Shown piece after piece: positions 45,978 through 56,700 of a stretch of 64,000 nucleotides of DNA. Location of the stretch: IMG/VR virus record IMGVR_UViG_3300025284_000066; one strand, written 5' to 3'. The translations under genes were made by a program, and so were the position numbers. Each line of letters starts with the position of its first letter. The stretch's first letter is position 1. The notes under the pieces are model-generated. The model had not been told where the DNA came from and searched no databases. It saw nothing but the letters and a program-made list of their open reading frames with translations. This DNA comes from an uncultured virus (IMG/VR IMGVR_UViG_3300025284_000066) (taxonomy: Duplodnaviria; Heunggongvirae; Uroviricota; Caudoviricetes).

Positions 45978-47869
45978 TGGGCATTCAACCCGACAGCATC
46001 CTCGGTGTGGCGGTAGAAACCGTCACGGACAAGATGGCGCACTTGGAGGTGCTCGCCGATCGCTACAACGCGCTGCTGAGCAGCGCGCTCGCGCAGATTG
46101 GCTCTGTGCAGGTGGCCGACGTGCCCGCGCCCACACGACCGGTGGCGCCGGTTGCCAACCCGCCCGCGATCAACCTGGGCGACGCGCCAGGCTACTCGCC
46201 GCCCAATCTGACCATGCCGTCGTCACCGGCGGACATTGACATCGACGCGCTGCTGACCGGCCTGGACCTGGGCGACCTCGGCGACTTGCCCGACCCGCCG
46301 ACCGCGATCCCGATCAACATCCCCGACGCGCCGGGCATGGCGGACATCCCAGCGCCCCAGCGCCCGCAGGTCGACACCACGGTGGACTTGCCGGCCGCGC
46401 CGAGCATCGTGATGCCGGAAATGGAGGCGCTCGAGCGCATCACCCTGCCGGTGTTCGAGTTTCCGCAGCTGCCGACTTTCGACGCCACGCCGCCCAACGC
46501 CGACGGCATCACGGTGCCGAACGTCTTCATCAACTGGGCCGAGCCGGTCTACGAGTCTGAGGTGCTCGATGAGCTGCAGGCCAAGGTGAAGGGCATGATG
46601 GCCGGCGGTACTGGGCTGCCGCCAGCCATCGAAGATGCTCTGTTCGCCAGAGCGCGCGAGCGCGACAGCGCGGAAACCGAGCGCGCGGTTCAGGAGGCCG
46701 TGGACACCTGGGCGGCGCGCGGCTTCTCCATGCCGCCGGGCATGCTGGCGAAGCAGACAGCCGTGGTCCGCGAGCAGGGGCGGCTGAAGGCGGCCGAGCT
46801 GAATCGCGACATCCTGATCCAGGCCGCGCAGTGGGAGATCGAGAACATCCGCTTTGCTGTGCAGCAGGGGATGGCACTCGAGCAGCTGACCACCAATCTC
46901 TACGAGAACATGGCGAAGCGCCTCTTCGAGGTGGCGCGCTTCCAGGCGGAGAGCCAGATCAACGTCTTCAACGCGCGCATCGCGCTGTTCAACTCGCAAA
47001 ACGCGGCCTTCGAGACGCTGGCGCAGGTGTACCGCACGCGGCTGGACGCGGCGCTGTCGAAGCTGACCGCCTACAAAACGGCCGTGGAAGGGCAGGTCGC
47101 GCTGGGCCAGATCAACCAGCAGCGCGTCGAGGTGTTCAAGGCCAAGATCGAGGCCGTGCAGTCGAACGTCGAGGTCTACAAGGCCCTCATGCAGGGCGCA
47201 TCAGTGCGCGCTGACACGATCAAGGCGCAGTTCGACGCCTACCGGGCCGACGTGCAGGCTTTCGCCGAGCAGGTCGGCGCGGAGAAGGTGAAGTTCGATG
47301 CCTATGAGTCCCGCGTGAAGGGCGAGGCGGCCAAGGCTGGCGTGCTGGAGTCGCAATCCCGCGCCTACGCCGCTACGGTGCAGGCGGTGACCAACAAGGC
47401 GGAAATCAAGGTCAAGGGCGCGCAGATCAAGATGGAGGCTGCGCGCACGAAGGTGTCAAAGTTCCTGGCCGATGTGGACGCCTTCAAGGCGCGCATCGAC
47501 GCGAGCCTGCGCGAAGTGCAGTACAGCACGCAGGTCTACCAGGCGCAGGTCGAGGGCTGGCGCGCGAAATCGAATGCAGTGGTGGCTGACGCCGAGATGC
47601 AGTCGCGCTTCGCCGACATGAATACCCGGACCAACATCGCCTACGCGCAGATGCAGATTAGCGAGTACACCGCTCGCATGCAGAACGCGGTGCAGCAAGC
47701 TCAGATCGCGCTGGAAGCCGCCAAGGCGCTGGGCCAGTACACCGCGCAGCTCGCGGCGGGTGCGATGTCGGCGATGCACGTCTCTGCAGGCATCAGCGGC
47801 TCTGGCAGTGCCAGCAGCTCGGAATCCACGAGCCAAAGCACCAGCACGAGCTATAACTACAGCTACTGA
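45974..47869 (+). CDS. Putative ejection/internal virion protein
   Basis: Pro-rich N-terminal half, long Ala/Gln coiled coil; AAAGGAG RBS. Confidence 0.75.
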   Translation: MMGIQPDSILGVAVETVTDKMAHLEVLADRYNALLSSALAQIGSVQVADVPAPTRPVAPVANPPAINLGDAPGYSPPNLTMPSSPADIDIDALLTGLDLGDLGDLPDPPTAIPINIPDAPGMADIPAPQRPQVDTTVDLPAAPSIVMPEMEALERITLPVFEFPQLPTFDATPPNADGITVPNVFINWAEPVYESEVLDELQAKVKGMMAGGTGLPPAIEDALFARARERDSAETERAVQEAVDTWAARGFSMPPGMLAKQTAVVREQGRLKAAELNRDILIQAAQWEIENIRFAVQQGMALEQLTTNLYENMAKRLFEVARFQAESQINVFNARIALFNSQNAAFETLAQVYRTRLDAALSKLTAYKTAVEGQVALGQINQQRVEVFKAKIEAVQSNVEVYKALMQGASVRADTIKAQFDAYRADVQAFAEQVGAEKVKFDAYESRVKGEAAKAGVLESQSRAYAATVQAVTNKAEIKVKGAQIKMEAARTKVSKFLADVDAFKARIDASLREVQYSTQVYQAQVEGWRAKSNAVVADAEMQSRFADMNTRTNIAYAQMQISEYTARMQNAVQQAQIALEAAKALGQYTAQLAAGAMSAMHVSAGISGSGSASSSESTSQSTSTSYNYSY

Positions 47870-47878
47870 ATAGGTGCC

Positions 47879-48529
47879 TCAGTTGCAGATCGCATTGGTC
47901 GGACCAGCGCGCGTGCAGAAAGCGCCGTCCGATCGTGTGAAGTTGCCGCCCGCAGCGTTGTTGTAGCGCCGGCCTGCGGTGTCCCAACATCCAGCGGGAT
48001 CGCAGTTGACAATCTGCGCCGGCGCCTCGGGCACGGGCGGTGCCGCCGCCGCGCGCGTTCCAGACGACTGTGCGCGGGAGGCCGCCATGTTCGTTCCGCA
48101 TGCGGCATCAACCTTCAGCTCGGCCGACCGCACTGGCGCCGAGGCCGGCCCGGGGTGGTTCCCCCGAGCGACTTCCAGCTTCATCTTGCTCGTGACGATT
48201 TCGAGGTCACGTTGCGCCGCGCGGCACTTCGCCTCGTCGACGATGGCACCTGAGCCACCAGCTGTGCGGCCGCCGCTGCCTCCGATGATTGTTGCTCCCG
48301 GTGTTGGTTGATCGCGTCGCTGATCGTCGTCGCGCATCCGCGCGGCGGTATTGCGCTCTGTTGATGCGTCGAGCACGTTGGCCGTGGTGTTCACGCGCGA
48401 ATCGGCGGCGCCGGCCGGACAGGGGCCGTCACCGTACGTGACCTTCCCGTTCGGCAGGGTGCACTTCGTGACCTGCGCTGAAGCACAGCATGAGGCCAGG
48501 ACCAGGGCCAAAAAGACGAACTGTTTCAT
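47879..48529 (-). CDS. Secreted DUF4124-like, Cys-rich moron protein
   Basis: Signal peptide MKQFVFLALVLASCCASA; KCTLPNGKVTYGDGPCP; GGAGGT RBS; antisense to the late genes. Confidence 0.8.
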   Translation of the reverse strand: MKQFVFLALVLASCCASAQVTKCTLPNGKVTYGDGPCPAGAADSRVNTTANVLDASTERNTAARMRDDDQRRDQPTPGATIIGGSGGRTAGGSGAIVDEAKCRAAQRDLEIVTSKMKLEVARGNHPGPASAPVRSAELKVDAACGTNMAASRAQSSGTRAAAAPPVPEAPAQIVNCDPAGCWDTAGRRYNNAAGGNFTRSDGAFCTRAGPTNAICN

Positions 48530-48567
48530 GTCGCCCACCTCCAATTTTTGCGAAATGTTACTCGCAC

Positions 48568-48607
48568 CCCCGTGGGGTTCGACTGGCGCGCCGGCTCTCC
48601 GAAAAAT
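48568..48607 (+). promoter_or_regulatory. Putative late promoter, copy 5
   Basis: CCCCGTGGGGTTCGAC-N18-AAAAAT; dyad retained by compensatory changes. Confidence 0.7.
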
Positions 48608-48636
48608 GGCGCGCATCGAGATCGAGAGGTAGACCC

Positions 48637-50655
48637 ATGCACGGCTTCAAACCCGCCACCAAGCGCGCCCAGGCGCAACACCTTGCCGAGGGAGGCCTTG
48701 TGCGCGGCTTGGTGCGCAAGGTGATGGGCATTCCCGAGCCCACAGACACGGGCGCCGCGGCGCCGGCGGCCACACCAGCTGCGCCGCCTCCCGCGCCAGC
48801 GCCGGCCCCCGAGAAGGCGATCACCCAGTACGCGGGCATGGGCGCGACCGAGCGTCGCATGAAGGCCATGGGCCTGAAAGACGGTGGGCCGGTGCGTGGG
48901 CCGGGCACCGGCACCTCCGACAGCATCGAAACCGAGGTTCGACCGGGCAGCTACATCATGCCGGCGGACTCCACCGAGCAGCTTGGCGAGGACGGCGTGG
49001 CTGCATTGGGCTTCAGCCCGGAGAAGGTGCCGGTGAACCTGAGCAACGGCGAATACCAGCTCCCGCCCGAGCACGTACATGCTGTCGGCGTGGAGGCGCT
49101 CGACGCGATCAAGGACGCTACCCATGCATCGGCCCCAGGCCCGCGCGGTTTCGCGCCGAGCGCGGCCGAACCGCCGGTATTCTTCGCCGACGGTGGGCTG
49201 GTTGATGAAGATCCCCGTAAGGCGCGCACCCCGCCACCCGCTGCTTCACTGGATGTCAGCGCCAGCATCCCTGCGCCCTTGCCGATGCTGACGGCCTCGC
49301 TGCCGCCCAGCCCGCAGGCGCTGCAGCTGGCCGCCAACGAGAGGGCCGCTGCCGCGCCCGCACCGGCGCCCTCGTCGCAGACGAGCCCACTGGCCCAGAC
49401 CCAAGGGGCCGCATTCGGCGTATTCAGGCGTGAGCCGACGGCGGGGACGCGAGGCGGCATGATGCAGCCCTACGTTGCAACCGGCCCCGCGTCGTTCGAG
49501 CCAGCAAAGGTGCAGGAGGGCACAGGACGGCTCGATGCATTCAACGATCCGCGCTCGACGTTGTTCAAGGGCGAGGCTGATGCGGCACCTGCGCCGACCA
49601 GCCGAGGATTCGCCGGTGTGGGCGAAGGCTGGGGCAGTGGCGCGAAGCCTGTGGCAACGACCGTCGCCCCGGCAGCGCCACCCGCGGTCCGCCCGGCTGC
49701 CGCCCCTGTAGTCGCGCCGACCGCACCTGCTGTCTCGAACGATGCACCGGCGAGCTCGGCGGCACCGGCTGCGAGCCAGGTCATGCCGGGCGTGTTCAGG
49801 CAGGGCAACAGCTACGGCGACTCGCCGGCCGCCGCCGCGGCGGGCTTCGCGCCACGCTCGGCGCCGAGCGCGCAGAACATGGCTGCGGCCGACGCGCTCG
49901 AGGCGCGTGGCATCGCAGAGCGAGCCGGTGAGCGAGCTGCTGCAGCTGGAGGCTCGGCAGCCGGGTTCGCACCTGGTAACGGCCTGACGGTGATCGGAGA
50001 CGACACCCACGCGGATCGTGTGCGCCGGAGCGCGTTCGGCGCGGCGAGCACGCCGTACCGAGGATCGCCAAACGGACAGCTCACAGCCAACCAGGTGCGT
50101 GTGCTGGCCGGCATGGACGAGGCAAACGGTCGAAACGCGCTCCAGCGCGACACCACCGCCGCTAACAATGCCGCTTCGCTGGAGCGCGAAGCGATCCAGC
50201 AGGCTGGCGCCTCCGGCCGGACAGCGGTGCAGGAGGCGGGCGCCAATGTTCGTGCGGGCGCTACCAACGATGTGCAGCGTGGCGAATTGGCCCTGCGGCA
50301 GGAGGCACAGGGGTTCCAAACTCGCGGCGCCCAGCGCGTGGAGAAGCTGTACGAGCAGTACGAGAAGGCCAAGCCCGAGGAGCGGGCGGCCATCGCAGAG
50401 CAGATCCGCACGATGACGGGCAAAGAGCACCCGAGCCGCTTCACCGTGGTGCCCGGCGGGCAGGAAATCGACCCGACCACCCAGCAATCCGTCACCAGGC
50501 CGGCGCGCGTCTTCAACAACCAGACCGGCCAGTTCGTCGAACAGGGTCAGGCGCCGCGAGCCGGCCTCCCTCCGGGGATGACCCGGCAGATTGGCACTTC
50601 CAACGGGAAGCCCGTCTACGAGGATGCACAGGGCAAACGGTTCATCGGCAGCTGA
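48637..50655 (+). CDS. Putative ejection (DNA transfer) protein
   Basis: GPGTGTSDSI and LSNGEY motifs; Ala/Pro-rich; directly upstream of the DarB-like gene. Confidence 0.75.
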   Translation: MHGFKPATKRAQAQHLAEGGLVRGLVRKVMGIPEPTDTGAAAPAATPAAPPPAPAPAPEKAITQYAGMGATERRMKAMGLKDGGPVRGPGTGTSDSIETEVRPGSYIMPADSTEQLGEDGVAALGFSPEKVPVNLSNGEYQLPPEHVHAVGVEALDAIKDATHASAPGPRGFAPSAAEPPVFFADGGLVDEDPRKARTPPPAASLDVSASIPAPLPMLTASLPPSPQALQLAANERAAAAPAPAPSSQTSPLAQTQGAAFGVFRREPTAGTRGGMMQPYVATGPASFEPAKVQEGTGRLDAFNDPRSTLFKGEADAAPAPTSRGFAGVGEGWGSGAKPVATTVAPAAPPAVRPAAAPVVAPTAPAVSNDAPASSAAPAASQVMPGVFRQGNSYGDSPAAAAAGFAPRSAPSAQNMAAADALEARGIAERAGERAAAAGGSAAGFAPGNGLTVIGDDTHADRVRRSAFGAASTPYRGSPNGQLTANQVRVLAGMDEANGRNALQRDTTAANNAASLEREAIQQAGASGRTAVQEAGANVRAGATNDVQRGELALRQEAQGFQTRGAQRVEKLYEQYEKAKPEERAAIAEQIRTMTGKEHPSRFTVVPGGQEIDPTTQQSVTRPARVFNNQTGQFVEQGQAPRAGLPPGMTRQIGTSNGKPVYEDAQGKRFIGS

Positions 50656-50678
50656 TGACGGGGCGCCGCAGAGCGCTC

Positions 50679-50718
50679 CCCTGTAGGGTTCGACGCACAG
50701 AGCGCCCGTCGGAAGACT
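50679..50718 (+). promoter_or_regulatory. Putative late promoter, copy 6 (leaderless giant-gene mRNA)
   Basis: CCCTGTAGGGTTCGAC-N18-AAGACT; ATG 6 nt later. Confidence 0.75.
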
Positions 50719-50724
50719 GGCGCA

Positions 50725-53700
50725 ATGGCTGGCGAAACTCTCAAGCCCTTCGACGGGCAACTCGATACCACACCGCACAACCTCACCCCGTTTTCGGGTG
50801 AGCTCGATCCGCCCGATGCAAAGCGCACCGTGCTCGGCACCGTAAAGGATGTCGGGGTCACGGCGCTGAAGGGCGCGGTCGGCCTTCCGCAGAGCGTCGT
50901 CGGCCTGGCTGACATCGTGACGGGCGGCCGCGCTGGCAAAGCTCTGGAGCAGGCCGGCGTCGGCTTCGAGGAGACACAGAAGTTCCTCGACGACCAATAT
51001 TCCGACGCGCAGAAGGCCGCCAACCGCAAGGTGCAGGCGGCCGATGGCTTCGTCGATACGGCCAAGACCATGCTGGAGAACCCCAGCACCATCGCTACCA
51101 GCGTGGGCGAGTCGATTCCACAGATGCTCGGCGGCGCGGGCGTCGCGCGCGGCTTGCTCAAGGTGGCGCCCAAGATTGCGCCGGCCATCGCTGGCGCCAT
51201 CGGTGAGGGCGTGCTGGGAGCGGGCTCGCAGGCCGAGCAGATCCGCCAAGAGACGCAGGACGGGTTGCTCACCCCGAAGCAGGCGGCTCTGTCCGCCGCG
51301 ACCGGTGCCGCTACTGCTGGCTTCGGTGCACTCGGCGGACGCCTGGCGCAGCGCCTTGGCATCGGCGATGCCGACACGATGCTGGCGCAGGGAGCCATCC
51401 ACGGCGCCGGGCCCGCCTCGCAGCGTTCGCTCGCGCGCCAGGTTGGCGCTGGCATGCTGTCCGAGGGCGTGCTCGAAGAGCTGCCGCAGTCGATGTCCGA
51501 GCAGGCGCTGCAGAACCTCGCGCTGGACAAGCCCGTCGGAGAAGGTGTCGGCAAGGCCGCCGCCGCCGGGTTGCTCGCGGGCGGCGCCATGGGCGGCGGG
51601 GCCGCGCTGTTGCACGGCGCGACTGGTCAGCATGCCCCGAATCAGGCGGAGCCCGGTAGCGCGGAGCGCGTGCCCGGCGAGCAGCTCTCGCTGTTGCCGG
51701 TGGACGAAGCTCCGGCAGCCGCGGCGGCGAGCGAGCTGCCCGCCGTTGCGGGTGGCCTGGCCAGCGTGCAGCGCACCTTCGATCCGCGCGACCCGGGCAG
51801 CCGGCCGCCGCTGGACGTGATGCCCACGGCCCCCACCGATGGAGTGGAGTTCGAGGCGGCGCCGCAGGTCGCGCGCGAGTTCAGCACGGGCAATCTTTCG
51901 CTCGCTGATGAAGCACAGCCCGTGCGCCCCTCCGAAAAGATGGGGCTGGACCCTGCAGCAGGCCCGCTGTCCACTGCCGCCGCGATGGCGGTGGATGGTG
52001 GCGCGCACGACGTGATGAACGCGGCCGCTCAACTCGCCGCTCAGGCCGAAGCCGCCGACGGCAAGGGCACGAAGCCGGCAGCAGCTTCTCCGGCACCCGC
52101 CAGTGTGCCGATGGCGAACGTCAACGCCGAAACCGGCGAGATCTCCGGACAACCGCAAGACCGAGAGGCCGAACTGCGGGCACGCCTGGAGTTCGTGCGC
52201 CAACAGGCCGCGTCGAACGGCTGGGACCAGCGCCTGATCGCCGAGCGCGACAGCGCGCGAGCTGAACTGGCCGCACTTGCGCCCGCTGCCGCAGCGCCGA
52301 CCAGCGTGCAGGAGGGCATCGCTCAAGCGCGCGCCCGCCGCGCAGCGCCCGAATCCGCACCGCAACCCAAAGGAGAAGCCCTTGGCACTCAAGCCGACCA
52401 AGCCCAGCAAGCAGGCACGCAACAAGCGCCGGCAGGAACAGAAGCGCCAGCAGCTGAGCCAATCGCGTCCGCCACAACGCTGACGCCCGCGCCGGCAGCA
52501 CCGGCTGTACCGAACGCGAAGCGCGAGAAGGCGGTGCGCCGCGTGGAAGAAGGGCGCGCATGGTTCTTGTCCCGCGACAAGGCGCAGTCCTTCGTGGACA
52601 CGTCGGGCCTCGCGGACACGCACGAAGTGGTGCCGGACAACCGCCGTTTCGTTGTGCAGGCCAAGGCCGAGCAGCCGGCACAGGATGCGCAGCCGCAAAC
52701 CGCTGCGCCGGCCGATCAGCTGGCGGACCTGCGCCGCCGACGCGCCGAGGCCGAGCCGGGCACGCCCCTGCGCCGCGACATCGATAACGACATCGCGGCG
52801 TTGGAGCGCGAACAGCAGCAAGCAGTTCGCCGGCCTGAAGCGGTAGCGCCGGTGGATGCTGCGGCGAACGAAGCCGCCACCAGCCCGCAGAACGACCTGC
52901 CCGAGCCTAGTCAGGCCCAGAAAGAGGCGGGCAACTACAAGATGGGCCACCTGTCCGGTGACGAGGTACAGGGCCTGCGCATCAGCGTGGAGAACCCGCA
53001 CGGCAGCACGCGCAGCGGCACCTCGCCGGACGGGACCGAGTGGAGCAACACGATGGCCGCGCACTACGGCTACGTGAAGGGCTCCGAGGCAGCAGACGGC
53101 GACCACGTGGATGTGTTCGTCGGGCCGGCAGCCGCGACAGCACCGACGGTCTACGTGGTGGACCAGATCAACGCGGATGGCTCCTACGACGAGGCCAAGG
53201 CGCTGATGGGGTTCAACAGCGAAGCCGAGGCCTTGGCCGCCTACAAGGGGAGTTACAACAAGGGCTGGAAGGTCGGTCCGGTCACCGCGATGTCGATGGA
53301 CGACTTCAAGGCTGCGCTCGCGGACGGGCGCCTGAAGAAGCCGCTCTCGTCCACATTGAGCGAGTCCGTGCGCGAATCCTCGCCCGCTCCAGCAGCGCAG
53401 CGCGCTACGACGATGGAGACGGCGCGCACCGCGCTGGCTTCGTACTTCGATTGGTATCTCAGCCGCAATCCGAAGGCATCCCGTCCGATGGGCGGGATCT
53501 ATCAGGGCAACAGCTTCACGCTCGACTCCGGCGGCGCGCCATTCACGAAGGCGGGCCAGGTGCAGGTGAACGGCTTTAAGGAACTGACCTTCAACTACAC
53601 GGCCGCGTGGAAAGAGGCTCAGTCGCGCGCCGCCGCAGCAGCGCCGGCCGCCGCCCCGATTGCTGCTACCAACGCAGGAGACGAAAATGGACGAAATGCA

Positions 53701-56700
53701 GGAACTGTACCGACCGAACGACTACCCGCCGCCGATCAAGGAAGCGATGCGCGCGATGCCGGCGCTGGCGACCGAGATCGCCAACCGGTGGATGCTCGGG
53801 TGGCCGAAGCGGGTGAAGGCGCTGATCGAGGCGAGCGAGTTCCTGCGGGCGCTGAAGGAGCAGGAGGAGGCCGAGCGGAGGGCGTACAGCGACTCCGGGA
53901 ATCGGCACCTGGCGAGGCACGAGATAGCCGAGTTGTACGGCCTGAGCGACAGTCCGCCGACGCTGTAGCCGACCCGGCGACCGCCGAGGCCTCGCCAAAG
54001 CCCGAGCTCGACCAGTCGGGCGACCACACGCTGGATGCCGACGATATCGGCAAGGGTGGGCTCACCAAGAAGTACCGCGACAACATCGCTGCCATCCGCA
54101 TCCTGAAGGCGCTCGCCAGCGAGAGCCGCAAGGCCACCCCGGAGGAGCGCAAGCAGATCGCGCGCTACGTCGGCTGGGGTGCGCTGAAGGGCGTGTTCGA
54201 CCCGCAGAACAAGCAGTGGGCCAAGGAATTCGCCGAGCTGCGCGAGTTGTTGACCGATGCCGAGTACAAGGCCGCTCGCGCGTCGATGCTGAACGCGCAC
54301 TACACGGCGCCGGTGGTGGTCAACGGCATCTACGATGCGCTCGAGCGCATGGGGTTCACCGCTGGCCGCGTTCTCGAACCGGCGGTGGGAACCGGCAACT
54401 TCTTCGGCCTGATGCCCGCGAGCATGCGCAAGCGCTCGCAGCTGCATGGCGTGGAGCTGGACCCGCTCACCAGCCAGATCGCGGCGGCGCTGTATCCGAG
54501 CGCCAAGGTGGCGCGGGCCACCGCGTTCCAGGACTTCCAGGCCCCGTCCGAGTACTTCGACCTGGCGGTGGGCAATCCGCCATTCGGCTCGGAGCCCATC
54601 GTCGATGACGACCGCTCGCCGTATTCGGGTTTCTCGATCCACAACTACTTCTTCGCCAAGAGCATCGACAAGCTGCGCCCCGGTGGCCTGCTGACTATGG
54701 TGGTGTCGCACAACTTCCTTGACGCCAAGAACGAAGCAGCACGGCAGTGGATCGCCGATCGGGCCAACCTGGTGGCAGCGGTCCGGCTGCCGCGAACCGC
54801 GTTCAAGGAGAACGCCGGCACCGACGTGGTGACCGACATCGTGGTGCTCCAGAAGAAAACGGAATCCGAGCGCGCGAACGGATTGGGCGATGCGGCGTGG
54901 GTGAAGGTCGGCCAGCAGACCCTCACCAACCCGAAGACCGGCGAGGCGACGCAGCACAACGTCAGCAGCTACTTCCTGACCAATCCCGATGCGGTGCTGG
55001 GCACGCCGGTGGCGGCCGGAGCGATGTATCGCCTGGGCGAGTACACGGTGGAGCCCTCTGGCGATCTGGCGCAACAGCTGAAGGCATGGGCCACCGCGCT
55101 CCCGGAAGACCTCTATCAGCCTGTGGAGCGCACGCACGAGCAGGAAGCCGCCGACGTGGTGGTGCCTGACGGTGTGAAGGTCGGTTCGTTCTACGTGGAC
55201 GACAGCGGCCGCGTGCAGATGCGCGGCCCGGATTCGCTGGGCAACCGAACGGCAGAGCCGTGGACGCCGCCCAACGTGAAGGCTGCCGAGCGCATGAAGG
55301 GGATGGTGGGCCTGCGCGACGCGCTGCGAGCACAGATGCGCCTGGAGCGCTCCCCGGACTCGACCGACGGACAGATCGAGCAGCACCGCCGCGAGTTGAA
55401 TCGCCTCTATGACGGGTTCCAGAGCAAGTACGGCTACCTGAACGACCCGACCAACCGCCGCATCTTCCTGGACGACACCGAGTCGGCCCTGGTGCTGGCG
55501 CTGGAGTTCGACTACGACCGTGGCGTGAGCAAGGCGGTGGCCGAGCGCGAGGACATCGAACCGCGTGCGCCCAAGGCGATCAAGGCCGACATCTTCGCGC
55601 GGCGCGTGATGTTCCCGCCCGCGGACAACATCAAGGTGAGCAACGCCAAGGACGCGCTGCTGGCCAGCCTGAACTACAAGGGCCGGCTGGATGCCGCCTA
55701 CATGGCGACGCTGTACGACAAGTCTCCGGCCCAGATCGTGTCGGAGCTTGGTGACGTGGTGTATGCCGACCCGGTGAATGGGCTCGTGATGGCCGACGAA
55801 TATCTGTCGGGCGACGTGAAGACGAAGCTGGCCGAAGCAGAAGCCGCCGCGCGTGACGACCCGGCGCTGCGCCGCAACGTGGAGGCCCTGCGCAAGGTCA
55901 TTCCGGCCGACAAGCGGCCGAGCGAGATCCACGCGGCCATGGGCGCGGCTTTCATTCCACCGGAGCTGTTCCAGCAGTTCGCCAAGGAAGTGACCGGCGC
56001 CGAAGCGCGCGTCACCTACCTGCGCGCTACCGGCCAATGGCTGGTGGACTACACGTCCCAGCCCAACCCGGCGCTCAACACGGCGAAGTGGGGCATTGGC
56101 AGGATGACCGCGCAGAACATCTTCATGCGCACGATGGCCGGCCAGGGCGTGGTGGTCACGGACACCATCCGCGACCCGAACGGTGGTACCCGCACCGTGG
56201 TGCTGGAGAAGGAAACGGAGGCCGCGCGCGAGAAGCAGGCCGCGATGAAGGCCGAATGGCAGCGCTGGCTGTGGAGCGACCCTGAGCGCGCCGACCGTGT
56301 GGCGGGCATCTACAACGACAAGATGAACCGCATCGTGGTGCGGCGCTTCGATGGCTCGCACATGACCTTCCCGGGCATGTCGCCCGCGATGGAGTTGCTG
56401 CCGCACCAGAAAGATGCCGTATGGCGCGCGCTTCAGCAGCGCCAGATCCTGCTGGATCACGTCGTCGGTGCTGGCAAGACCTTCGAGGTTGTGGCTGCCA
56501 TCATGGAAATGCGCCGGCTGGGCATCGCGCGAAAGCCAATCGTCACGGTGCCCAACCACCTCACCCTGCAGTGGCGCAGCGAGTTTTCGCGCCTGTACCC
56601 GGCGGCCAACGTGCTGGCGGCCACGCCCGATGACTTCACCAAGGGCAACCGGGAGAAGTTCTTCTCCAAGATCGTCACCGGCGACTGGGATGCCGTCATC

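Noticed and set aside
35807..47869. Diversity-generating retroelement acting on tail genes
   Set aside because: No reverse transcriptase and no adenine-variable template/variable repeat pair seen in the window
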